Shown one piece after another: positions 41,057 to 49,784 of a DNA stretch of 64,000 nucleotides; the first letter of the stretch is position 1, and every line of letters starts with the position of its first letter. The stretch is from assembly GCA_016432365.1 (NCBI GenBank), contig CP066686.1, positions 938,918-1,002,917 on the forward strand. Reading direction: 5' to 3'. Below the pieces are notes generated by a model. It was not told the DNA's origin and ran no database searches. It was given only the letters and a program-made list of their open reading frames with translations. Made by a program: the position numbers and the translations under genes. The stretch comes from Candidatus Woesebacteria bacterium (GTDB lineage Bacteria > Patescibacteriota > Microgenomatia > UBA8517).

Positions 41057-42361
41057 CTACCGTAAGGTCAAGAGAGCTTCATACTTCTCCCCGTCTTTGT
41101 AAGGCCCGATTATCGCCAAATTCAAGTGGTCTTTAACAAATATCTTTTTAGCCTCCGCTAAAACGTCTTTAATAGTTACCCTATCGATCCTGTCGTATAA
41201 TTCATCCGGAGTTAAAACCTCTTTCAAAAACATTACCTGTTCGGCAAAAAAGTCACCTGCCGCCTGAGTATCCTCCAGGGAAAGCGCAATGTGGCCTTTT
41301 AGATATTCTTTTGTCTTTTCCAGCTCTTTAGAGGAAATTGGAAATTTTTCGTCTGCCAGACCATAGAGCTGATCTAGAATAACTTTAATTGCTTCTTCGC
41401 TCTTACCAACATCTACCCCCGCATAAAACCCTGTATAACCCACCTCGCTGAATTTGTCCCCCGCCGATTTAACGGCGTATGCCAACCCGCGGCGTTCCCT
41501 AACTTCTATAAACAACCTTGAACTCATTGGCCCTGCCAATATTGTAGAAAGTACACTTTGGGCAAAACGTCCCGAATATCCCCTGCCCTCGCTCAAGAAA
41601 CCAAGAATCACATGTGCCTGCTCCACTTTTTTGGTTTTAAGTTCAAACTGTGGCTCAGTCTGTTCTGGTTTGAAATTTTGACTTATATTTTTGACTTTTG
41701 ACTTTTGACTTTTGACTTGATTAAAGTATTTCTCCACCAAATCCACTGCACTTTTCTCTGTTATTCCGCCCGAAACCGATATAAACATATTTTCCGGATA
41801 ATAATGCTTGCCCCGATAAAGTTCAAAATCACTTTTAGTTATACTTTTTACACTTTTCGCATCTCCCCCTATATCCCATCCCAATGAATTTCCCTTAAAA
41901 ATCAATCCTTCGAAAACGTCATGAATTTTTATCATCGGAGTATCCTCATACATCGCAAGTTCCTGAATAATCGTCCCCTTTTCGCGTTCAATTTCTTCAG
42001 ATTTAAGAAGCGGGCTAAGAACCATGTCGCTTAAAACATCCATTGCGGTTTCGACACTCCCTGAACGGGATTTTATATAAAAATTCGTCCAATCTTTACT
42101 CGTTGCCGCGTTAAATTCACCACCGATCGAGTCAACTGCCTCGGAAATCGCTTTCGCGGAAGGCCGCTTGCTACTCCCCTTAAAAACCATGTGTTCAAGG
42201 AAGTGGCTTATTCCGTTTATTCTTTTATCTTCAAACCTGGATCCGGTTTTAACCCACACAGTGACCGTAACCGATTCCAACCCCGGCATAGGGACTGTTA
42301 CCACTGTGAGCCCGCTTTTTAATTTATGAAGTTTGTATTCCATGGGGATAGTATATTGCAT
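41057..42361 (-). CDS. M16-family zinc peptidase (pitrilysin/insulinase-like)
   Basis: HxxEH zinc motif (ISHFLEHMVFKGS) plus downstream E; 434 aa; contains repeat-derived insert KSQKSKVKNISQNFKPEQ. Confidence 0.85.
   Translation of the reverse strand: MQYTIPMEYKLHKLKSGLTVVTVPMPGLESVTVTVWVKTGSRFEDKRINGISHFLEHMVFKGSSKRPSAKAISEAVDSIGGEFNAATSKDWTNFYIKSRSGSVETAMDVLSDMVLSPLLKSEEIEREKGTIIQELAMYEDTPMIKIHDVFEGLIFKGNSLGWDIGGDAKSVKSITKSDFELYRGKHYYPENMFISVSGGITEKSAVDLVEKYFNQVKSQKSKVKNISQNFKPEQTEPQFELKTKKVEQAHVILGFLSEGRGYSGRFAQSVLSTILAGPMSSRLFIEVRERRGLAYAVKSAGDKFSEVGYTGFYAGVDVGKSEEAIKVILDQLYGLADEKFPISSKELEKTKEYLKGHIALSLEDTQAAGDFFAEQVMFLKEVLTPDELYDRIDRVTIKDVLAEAKKIFVKDHLNLAIIGPYKDGEKYEALLTLR
41640..41712. 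repeat. intragenic copy of the TTTTGACTTTTGACTTTTGAC repeat (inside M16 peptidase ORF)
   Basis: ttttgacttatatttttgacttttgacttttgacttttgacttg in-frame within 41057..42361. Confidence 0.55.
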
Positions 42362-42377
42362 GTAGTATACTAAATAT

Positions 42378-42890
42378 ATGGCTTCAAATCACAGACATAA
42401 ATCGAGCCAAATAATCAGGAGTTTTGAGGCGGAATCCCTACGCAAGCGGTCCACTATCTCCAAAATCGTGGATTTTCTTACTTCGTATTTCGGTACAATT
42501 GGGTTTCTTGTCGCAAACGCGGCTGTCTATGGAATTTGGATTTTGGGAAATTCAGGAAAAATTCCGGGCTTCCCCACCATCGACCCATACCCCTATTCTT
42601 TCATGAATTCTTTCGTTTCAATTGAGGCGATTATTTTATCTGTAATAGTTCTGATGAGCCAAAACCGGGAAAATCAGCGTGATATTTTACGAAATGAGCT
42701 GGGACTACAGGTTGAATTAATTTCAGAAAAAGAGATCACAAAAATACTCAAAATTCTAAAAGAAATTCGTGCGGAACAGAAGAATTCAAAACCTGATGCG
42801 GAGCTTGAGGAAATGACAAAAGAAATAGACGCAGGGTATATCGAAAGAAAACTGGAGAAGGAACTTACGGAATCGGAAAAACTCACTTGA
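42378..42890 (+). CDS. DUF1003-family membrane protein (paralogue A)
   Basis: Two-TM core FGTIGFLVANAAVYGIWIL...IDPYPYSFMNSFVSIEAIILSVIVLMSQNR; paralogous to 48924..49490. Confidence 0.6.
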   Translation: MASNHRHKSSQIIRSFEAESLRKRSTISKIVDFLTSYFGTIGFLVANAAVYGIWILGNSGKIPGFPTIDPYPYSFMNSFVSIEAIILSVIVLMSQNRENQRDILRNELGLQVELISEKEITKILKILKEIRAEQKNSKPDAELEEMTKEIDAGYIERKLEKELTESEKLT

Positions 42891-43009
42891 CTTAAAACTT
42901 CTATAGGCTTAAACTTCCCTCAAAGTTTACAAAAAAACTTTAACAGTAAAGAGCACCTTTACATCATCAATTTTGATTTTTAATCCACAACCTATGAAAG
43001 GAGGTTGAG

Positions 43010-44623
43010 ATGGAAGAACTGTTACAGAAGTATCTAAAAGGTTTTAGCGGTGTCGATGAGGCTACAGTTGCCCGAATTAGGGATCTTTTGGTTCCTGTTT
43101 CTAATGCCGACAAAATTCTGGTAAGCGCCATCAAAACGAATATGCCACCGAAGGAGTTCGCAGAATGGCTTGACACTAACATCCAGAAGAAATTGGCGGA
43201 AGAAAAGGCAAAACCTGCTCCGGTGACTAAGTCAGCCTCAGGAAACGTTGATTCAACCTCCGAGGCATTGAACGCTTACCTGGCAAAATTCCCGGAGATT
43301 GTTGGAGCAAACAGGGCTCAAATCCGAAGTTTGGTCAGGATGGCAGATCCGGAAGAAGCAATATCAATTTTGGAAACGGCTGCCCTATACAGTGCCTCAC
43401 CAAACGATGTGATGGAACTTTTGAGAAAGGCGCCTCAGCGTCAGCAAGAAAGCGCCCCTCAAGAAGCGGCCGATACCACAAAGGTTGAAGAAACCGAAGC
43501 CAAACCTCAACCAGAAGATGGTGGCAACAAGAGTGTTCAGGTAGCCGAGACTAATGGCAAACGAGGTTGGGGCGGATTCAAACGCGGCAAATCTGCTAAG
43601 AAGACAGACCCCGATCGAAATCAACCTGGACAGCAACAAAGCCCGAAAGCGAAAATCCCGACCTGGGCCACATGGATCGGAGTCGGAATCCTGGTTTTGG
43701 CTGTGTTGGGCGCGATATATTACTACGTCGCCTTTGTCCCCCATCCTCAACGGGCAGAAAACACTGAAACCCTAGGGCCAGCAGCGGTAGTGGAAGCACC
43801 ACCGGTCGTCAATCTGCAGGCAGTAGATTACAAAAGCGTAGCTTTTGTCGGGGTTACTCTGTTTTTTATGTTCATCGCCGGAACGGCTTTGATACCCCTC
43901 GGAATCCTTGATGCCAAAGAACGCCTGCAAGTATCAGACATCAGTGTGGCACTTGGAGGTCTATTCGCAAACTATCTCGCCATCTGGAAACCTTTTGTCG
44001 CATTCTGGACTACGTTGGTTCCGATGTTCAATGAGCAATCCACAGCTGTCCTTTTTGGCATGCTTATTACAGGGATTGTCGTCACAAAAGCAGTGACCGG
44101 AGGACGTGATACAACAAACCTCGGCGTATACTTCGGAGGGTTGGCGATTATTGGAGCAAGCTTAGGAAATATGGGTGCATTCCAGGCAGCTTTCAACATT
44201 CCTTACCAACCGGTATACATGCTCCTGGGAATACCTGCGGCCATCATAGCTAAGCAAACAAGCGCGTTACAATACAGCTTGCTTGTGTATTCGGTACTTT
44301 TCCTGGCCATTGGTGCGTACCTGCTTGACATCGTCTATCCGAGAGAGAAAAAACCCAGATATGGGGCTTTCATTTCCTTTGCCTCGGTTGTTGGAATATA
44401 CTACCTGGCATTACTCAAATTCGATGCACAATACGCCCTACTCTTCGGCATAACCGCCGGAATTCTCGCAGCAGTTCTTGCCCGAAAAGCAGGCACTACA
44501 GAGACTTCAGGTGAAAATAAGCTGACAAAAATTGTTCAGCGTATTTTTGAGTACACCCCTTGGGACGGCGCTTGTCTCGGAATTGTTGTTCTAGTCCTTC
44601 TGCGTTTGGCAGGCATTGCCTAG
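43010..44623 (+). CDS. polytopic membrane protein with duplicated ~55-aa N-terminal cytoplasmic repeat and K/Q/P-rich linker
   Basis: Internal repeat (LQKYLKGFSGVDEATVARIRDLL... vs LNAYLAKFPEIVGANRAQIRSLV...), then ~8 hydrophobic helices. Confidence 0.55.
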   Translation: MEELLQKYLKGFSGVDEATVARIRDLLVPVSNADKILVSAIKTNMPPKEFAEWLDTNIQKKLAEEKAKPAPVTKSASGNVDSTSEALNAYLAKFPEIVGANRAQIRSLVRMADPEEAISILETAALYSASPNDVMELLRKAPQRQQESAPQEAADTTKVEETEAKPQPEDGGNKSVQVAETNGKRGWGGFKRGKSAKKTDPDRNQPGQQQSPKAKIPTWATWIGVGILVLAVLGAIYYYVAFVPHPQRAENTETLGPAAVVEAPPVVNLQAVDYKSVAFVGVTLFFMFIAGTALIPLGILDAKERLQVSDISVALGGLFANYLAIWKPFVAFWTTLVPMFNEQSTAVLFGMLITGIVVTKAVTGGRDTTNLGVYFGGLAIIGASLGNMGAFQAAFNIPYQPVYMLLGIPAAIIAKQTSALQYSLLVYSVLFLAIGAYLLDIVYPREKKPRYGAFISFASVVGIYYLALLKFDAQYALLFGITAGILAAVLARKAGTTETSGENKLTKIVQRIFEYTPWDGACLGIVVLVLLRLAGIA

Positions 44624-44730
44624 CACTAGCGACTCACCCCCGTGAGACAGATATTTCTTACAAAAAAATAAGAAACAATCATCTCACGGGGGCTTACGTA
44701 TCGTTTTTTGTAAATTGGAAGGAGATACAA

Positions 44731-44919
44731 ATGAACTTTATATCGACCCTGAACAGTATCCAGATCTTTTTTCTGGTCACAGGAATTGCATCAGCACTGT
44801 TCGTGGCATACGAAGCGGTACTGGCCATCAAACGACGCGGCGGTGATATGGGTTTGGCTTTGGTTGCCGGACTCCTAGCCCTGGTTTCGCTTTATATGGC
44901 CCTGTTCGTGAAACCGTAA
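44731..44919 (+). CDS. small membrane protein (62 aa)
   Basis: GGAAGGAG RBS 6 nt upstream of ATG 44731; two hydrophobic helices. ORF-track ORF 44560 is likely 5'-overextended. Confidence 0.45.
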   Translation: MNFISTLNSIQIFFLVTGIASALFVAYEAVLAIKRRGGDMGLALVAGLLALVSLYMALFVKP

Positions 44920-44938
44920 GTTTTGCAAGGAGGTAGAA

Positions 44939-45775
44939 ATGATTCCTAAATTCAAAATCAGTGAACGAGGAAATATCCAACAAGGATTCCTTGTCATTCT
45001 GCTTATTGCGATTGTGGTATTTGTCATCATATCCCTTTTCGGCGCATATGCTGTAAACACCACCGTCGTTCTGGAAGAAATTGAGAGGGAAAAAACAATG
45101 GGGATCCTAATTCAGATCCCGAGTTCAAGTTTGCCACCCGAACTGAAGATCGATAAACGCGGAGTTGATCAATATGTGATCTTCAAATATTTTTCGATCG
45201 TCGGAGACGGTGTCGAAATCCCCGGTGACCAAGAATACGCGGCCGCTTACGCCACCAATACAGAACTGACAACTCTGGATTGCGGTGACCAAATCACCTC
45301 AGTTGGTATCATTTCCAAGGCTTTTGAGCCGGAAATCGGTGCAGCCGAAGCCGGTGCCAAGGTAAGCATTATGATTCTGGGAGCCAGAGCCATAACAAAC
45401 GGCGGATGCGAAGTTGGGCCACTGGTAAGAAATCCATTGTACGATGAGAATTTCGAACCCTATGCCGCTTACCCTTCCATCTGGAACATTCCGGGGTGCC
45501 TCCTACGTGTATGGACTGCTCCCGGTATTTACAGGGAAAGTTCTTGCCTTGAGGGCGGATATCGTCCAACATTAAATTGGCAGCGCATAGGTGCAATCGA
45601 TATCCCGAACGGTCAGGGCTTATTCCGTCTCGTTGCGGCAGATAACGGCCTTTGGATGCATGCGATTAGCACCATTGACCTAAATCAGATCTACAATACC
45701 TACAACGTTGATGGAACGATTAAGGAAAAGATCGAAAACATTCTACAAAAGGTATTTGGAGGAAGTTCACAATGA
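44939..45775 (+). CDS. membrane-anchored secreted hypothetical protein
   Basis: AGGAGG RBS; N-terminal TM anchor, Cys-containing extracellular domain. Confidence 0.5.
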   Translation: MIPKFKISERGNIQQGFLVILLIAIVVFVIISLFGAYAVNTTVVLEEIEREKTMGILIQIPSSSLPPELKIDKRGVDQYVIFKYFSIVGDGVEIPGDQEYAAAYATNTELTTLDCGDQITSVGIISKAFEPEIGAAEAGAKVSIMILGARAITNGGCEVGPLVRNPLYDENFEPYAAYPSIWNIPGCLLRVWTAPGIYRESSCLEGGYRPTLNWQRIGAIDIPNGQGLFRLVAADNGLWMHAISTIDLNQIYNTYNVDGTIKEKIENILQKVFGGSSQ

Positions 45776-46233
45776 CTCAGAATAACCAAAACCAACAACC
45801 GGCCAAGAAAGAGCCAAAGGTCATCATTTTCGTGACCCTGATGGCCATCGTGGCGGTTGCTATTTTCGGCAGTGCTGCTGGCAGGATCGTCGCATACGCA
45901 CTCTGTGCAGTATTTCTTGGCGCCTTGGGATACGGTACTTACCGGTTTTTCAGCCAGGACGTCAAGTACTACGTCGGAATTCCGCTTGTTGCGGCCCTTT
46001 TGGGTTTCGCATTCGGAGCCTTTGAAGATGCAGGCAAGTACGGTGCCAGGATCGGCGGATCTTTCCAGTCGATCGCGTGGCTTCTGCTTTGTCCTGTTAT
46101 CTTTGTGGTCTTTGGCATCGCATTCCGCTGGTTTCAAAAGAACCAGAGTAAGATCGACGAAAAGATCAACAATGGCCTGGAAGAGCTTGACCGCGGTCTT
46201 GACAAAATTGTCGATCAGATCAAGCTTAAGTGA
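45772..46233 (+). CDS. 4-TM membrane protein
   Basis: ATGA overlap with upstream gene; four hydrophobic helices; followed by terminator. Confidence 0.5.
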   Translation: MTQNNQNQQPAKKEPKVIIFVTLMAIVAVAIFGSAAGRIVAYALCAVFLGALGYGTYRFFSQDVKYYVGIPLVAALLGFAFGAFEDAGKYGARIGGSFQSIAWLLLCPVIFVVFGIAFRWFQKNQSKIDEKINNGLEELDRGLDKIVDQIKLK

Positions 46234-46254
46234 TTTGTAAATTTGTGAGTACTT

Positions 46255-46306
46255 ACCGCTCGTTGCACACCTTAATAGTGAAAAAGCAACGGGCGGTTTT
46301 TCTTTG
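46255..46306 (+). terminator. rho-independent terminator
   Basis: ACCGCTCGTTGC ... GCAACGGGCGGT stem then TTTTTCTTTG. Confidence 0.55.
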
Positions 46307-46392
46307 CCCATCGAAGCTCGAAGAGCAAAGTTGGGTTTGGAAAAACCCCCTCGCTTGACAAAAAACGCCTATAGGGTTATTATTCGCACGTC

Positions 46393-47568
46393 ATGACAGC
46401 CGAACGCACAAACGACTCCGAAACTAGTGATCTACCTCTTCCTGAGGTGTATAAAAACGTCCCCAGAATTCCAAAAACTGAATCTGCGATTACCACCGTC
46501 CAGCAAATCGAGGGCGAAGTTGTCGAAGACGAAAATCAAAAACCGGACCGCGCCAGAGCAGCCCATGACGCAATTCTTAAAACAAGACATATCCTTTCTA
46601 CTGCCATAAGAGGCGCAGATGAAGAAACAACGCAAATGGTTAGGTCCATTCTCCAAGAAAGATTAGAACAGGAACAGATTGAGGCGATGGATGCCACAGA
46701 CAGAACAATATTTGTGTCACTTAAAGAACAGGTCGTTAACGTAAATGAAGCTCTAACCGATTTTTACGGAACTCCAACTTCAATTTTGATGCTTTACAGC
46801 TACGAATCAGAAAAAGACCCCCAGACATACCCCCCATTAGATACGGCAAATGGGATTAAAGGGATGTTAAGGCTTCACAGAGATTTGTATCAAGAAATTG
46901 CATCGGCCCCCGTAATTGCTAGTGAGTTGGCTGAAGCCAAAACACAGACGGCCATTATTCCTGCTCAAAAAGACGTAAAAATATTAAGAATTGACGCGGA
47001 AAGAGAAGTGGCCGAAAAGTTTTCTCTGGCAGCTGACTCCCTCAAAAAAGCGGCCAGCGATCGCGCTGCTGTTCGAAGCGCACATATTAGAGGAGCAGCG
47101 GAAACAATATCAACAGCCGTCGGTGAAGCTCCCGTTCAAATAGCAAGATCCTTTGCCGACAAGCTCGGCGAATGGATAAAAACAAGCGATGACGCAATGG
47201 GAACCGTATCTTTTATGGGCGGTGCCGTTGCCGGACCTTTGGCGTTAATTATTGAAGGCCCCGCTCTTTCACCGATTCTCGCTACTTGGATTTCTACTTG
47301 GCCTTGGGGAACGGCCACGGCAGTTGGATTTGGAGCATTAGGCGGAGCGATAGGAGGGTTTGTTACTTGGAAAGCAATCAGATTTGCCGCCGAATATAGT
47401 TGGAGTGTTGTACAAAATGTTTGGGAATCCATAGAACAAAAACTGGGTGAATGGGGCGAAAAGATTGGTAATTCCAAGTTGTTTAGCGGGAAAAAGGACC
47501 AAACAAATCACAACCAAAACCAGAATAACAGAGGTAAAGGCAATAACAGGACGGACCACGAAGCATAA
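46393..47568 (+). CDS. hypothetical protein with C-terminal Gly-zipper TM hairpins
   Basis: Acidic/coiled N-terminal region, C-terminal GGAVAGPLALIIEG...GFGALGGAIGGFVTW hydrophobic segments, N/Q-rich tail. Confidence 0.5.
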   Translation: MTAERTNDSETSDLPLPEVYKNVPRIPKTESAITTVQQIEGEVVEDENQKPDRARAAHDAILKTRHILSTAIRGADEETTQMVRSILQERLEQEQIEAMDATDRTIFVSLKEQVVNVNEALTDFYGTPTSILMLYSYESEKDPQTYPPLDTANGIKGMLRLHRDLYQEIASAPVIASELAEAKTQTAIIPAQKDVKILRIDAEREVAEKFSLAADSLKKAASDRAAVRSAHIRGAAETISTAVGEAPVQIARSFADKLGEWIKTSDDAMGTVSFMGGAVAGPLALIIEGPALSPILATWISTWPWGTATAVGFGALGGAIGGFVTWKAIRFAAEYSWSVVQNVWESIEQKLGEWGEKIGNSKLFSGKKDQTNHNQNQNNRGKGNNRTDHEA

Positions 47569-47788
47569 TCTTCTTTTTGACACTTCTTCATTCTTGCAAT
47601 CCCTCAAAAATAATCCTATAGCAAACTCAAAACAAAATGAAGGTTTGCAATTTTATGTTTTGAGTTTGGTATATAGAAATTCTATGCTTGCCAAACAAAT
47701 GTCAGTTTTGACATTTGTTTTAACATGGCTATATAATCCCCCTGCAACTTAACATTACCCTGAAAAGGAAATCAAAAAGGAGAGTTCC

Positions 47789-48235
47789 ATGCCTACAATC
47801 AATATTGTCCAGTTAATAATTGGGGTTCTGATTATGGTAATTTCCGCGGCCGCACTTGTATGGTTCTTTATGTGGAATTGGTGCCAACAGAAGCAAGCAA
47901 AACTGATAGCGGAACAGAAACGCGCGTTACTGAAAAAAAATCCAATTTCCTTCGGCCTCAATTATTTCTTTGCCGGAAACGACAGGATCGAAGCCGTTGT
48001 CACCGACGTTGACTATGAAGCCGGAGAGTTATCTATCGACGTCACCTTGCATGTAGCAGATGACGACACCATCCTAAGTGCCCCGGATGACAGTGATTTG
48101 AGCAATGTCAGACTGCCTGTAAAGCACTTCGACGGAACAATCGAAACATTGTCGTTTGACCTTGTAAATGACAGGCCTGCCGCCTTTAACGGATGGGAAA
48201 TTGTAATAGATGATGTTCTCGCCAAAGCCGGTTAG
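47789..48235 (+). CDS. N-terminally anchored hypothetical protein
   Basis: AAAAGGAGAG RBS; TM helix then acidic soluble domain. Confidence 0.5.
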   Translation: MPTINIVQLIIGVLIMVISAAALVWFFMWNWCQQKQAKLIAEQKRALLKKNPISFGLNYFFAGNDRIEAVVTDVDYEAGELSIDVTLHVADDDTILSAPDDSDLSNVRLPVKHFDGTIETLSFDLVNDRPAAFNGWEIVIDDVLAKAG

Positions 48236-48272
48236 GCCGCCCGTCCACATATAACAGAAAAGGAGAAACAAT

Positions 48273-48848
48273 ATGTGTTTCAATGACTCGTTCTGCATCA
48301 ACGGTTTTCAAATAACCGTGGCCGTTTTGATCATCCTCGGAATCTGCTACTGGCTGTACCGCAAGGTGTCGAAACCAGAGCCGGGGTTTATTACGTTCGA
48401 TGAGCTTGCCCCTCAAATAACTGAAGCTCCCCCACCTCAACCTGAGGAGGAAGAACTTGAAGAGGAAGCGCCTGTTGAAGAGGAACCCGAAGAGGAGGAA
48501 GAACTTGAAGAGAAAGAAGAACCGACTTTTAAAGAAGGTGACGAAATCTTATTCAATGAAAAGTCTGGGTTCCAAGTGGTCTTTGTCGTCGAGTTGTTCA
48601 ACAGCGATGAGGATGAGATTCAAGGTCCGCTTGTGGTAAGGTATCCGCAAGGCATCGAAATCGTGGATGTCGACTACGTTGAAAGTTACGATGAATCTGA
48701 TGTGATTCACGTCAAATTCAAAAAGAACGGACACCTGTCAGATATCGACTTCGAAGTCGACAATCCTGTAGACGAAGATGACCTGAACGGTTGCTCGTTT
48801 GTTGTTAACTATGCAACATCCGAACCGCTACCGTTAGCCGACAGTTAA
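48273..48848 (+). CDS. N-terminally anchored acidic (Glu-rich) hypothetical protein
   Basis: AAAAGGAGAA RBS; TM helix; EEEELEEE low-complexity stretch; followed by terminator. Confidence 0.5.
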   Translation: MCFNDSFCINGFQITVAVLIILGICYWLYRKVSKPEPGFITFDELAPQITEAPPPQPEEEELEEEAPVEEEPEEEEELEEKEEPTFKEGDEILFNEKSGFQVVFVVELFNSDEDEIQGPLVVRYPQGIEIVDVDYVESYDESDVIHVKFKKNGHLSDIDFEVDNPVDEDDLNGCSFVVNYATSEPLPLADS

Positions 48849-48858
48849 TTTAAACCAA

Positions 48859-48918
48859 AGACCAGCGCAATTCACCCACAAGGTGATTCCTATTCATAGG
48901 ACGCTGGTCTGTTTTTTT
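48859..48918 (+). terminator. rho-independent terminator
   Basis: AGACCAGCG ... CGCTGGTCT stem (with inner TCACC/GGTGA hairpin) then GTTTTTTT. Confidence 0.55.
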
Positions 48919-48923
48919 GGTTA

Positions 48924-49490
48924 TTGCCAACCACAAAAGCCTGGGTTTACAATCCAAGAATGCCCACGGACCACGTAAAATCCAGTCACCATTTAATTCA
49001 AAGTTTTGAAGCAGATCAGCTTAAGAACCGTCCAAAATTCATACAAATTGCAGACCGGTTAACTCTTTTGTTTGGAAGTATCAGTTTTTTTATACTTAAT
49101 GCCCTGCTTTTTATTGTCTGGATCGCAATCAACACAGGATTTGTCCCATTTGTACCGGTCTTTGACCCCTACCCTTTTATTCTTTTGACTATGTTTGTCT
49201 CGCTCGAAGCAATTTTTCTTTCCATAATCGTCCTTATGAGTCAAAACAGACAAGGGCACATTTTTACTTTAAGAGAAGAGCTGGATATGCAAGTTAACCT
49301 CCTGGCAGAACGCGAAATAACCATGTCACTAAAAATCCTAAAACTAATGGCCAGCAAAATGGGAATAAAGATCAGGAACGAGGAATTGGGAGAAATGGTT
49401 AAAGAAACCGATATTTCTTATATTCAAAGGGAAATCCAGGAACAAATTCAGGAAAGAACCAGGCTTTCCAGAAAGTTAGGTAAGAAATAG
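48924..49490 (+). CDS. DUF1003-family membrane protein (paralogue B)
   Basis: FGSISFFILNALLFIVWIAIN...FDPYPFILLTMFVSLEAIFLSIIVLMSQNR; same architecture as 42378..42890. Confidence 0.6.
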   Translation: MPTTKAWVYNPRMPTDHVKSSHHLIQSFEADQLKNRPKFIQIADRLTLLFGSISFFILNALLFIVWIAINTGFVPFVPVFDPYPFILLTMFVSLEAIFLSIIVLMSQNRQGHIFTLREELDMQVNLLAEREITMSLKILKLMASKMGIKIRNEELGEMVKETDISYIQREIQEQIQERTRLSRKLGKK

Positions 49491-49784
49491 TTTCACTTTG
49501 AAAAAGTGTGTGATATATTACCGATATGGCCATAGAAATATTTAATGAAGGAGAAGGAAAAGATGAAGAAAGTAACTTTTTCCCGGAAGTAGTCAGAGAA
49601 ACAACCGAACAGGGACGAATTGTTTGGTTAAAAAGTGCTCCTGAAGACTCTAAACCTCCCGTTAACGAATCCTCCTTACAATCAAATCCTTTAAAGTAAG
49701 CTATCCCACACAATTTTCGCACTCAACTTTTCAATACTGTTCGTATACGTTTCGTGCCAAAATTGAGAGGGATTCCGCTTCGCT

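Noticed and set aside
49399-49722. 107-aa minus ORF, and a 57-aa plus ORF at 49527-49700, in the DUF1003-ArgRS spacer
   Set aside because: Mutually overlapping and without RBS or recognisable features; region more likely a 3' UTR/terminator zone. Not reported as genes.
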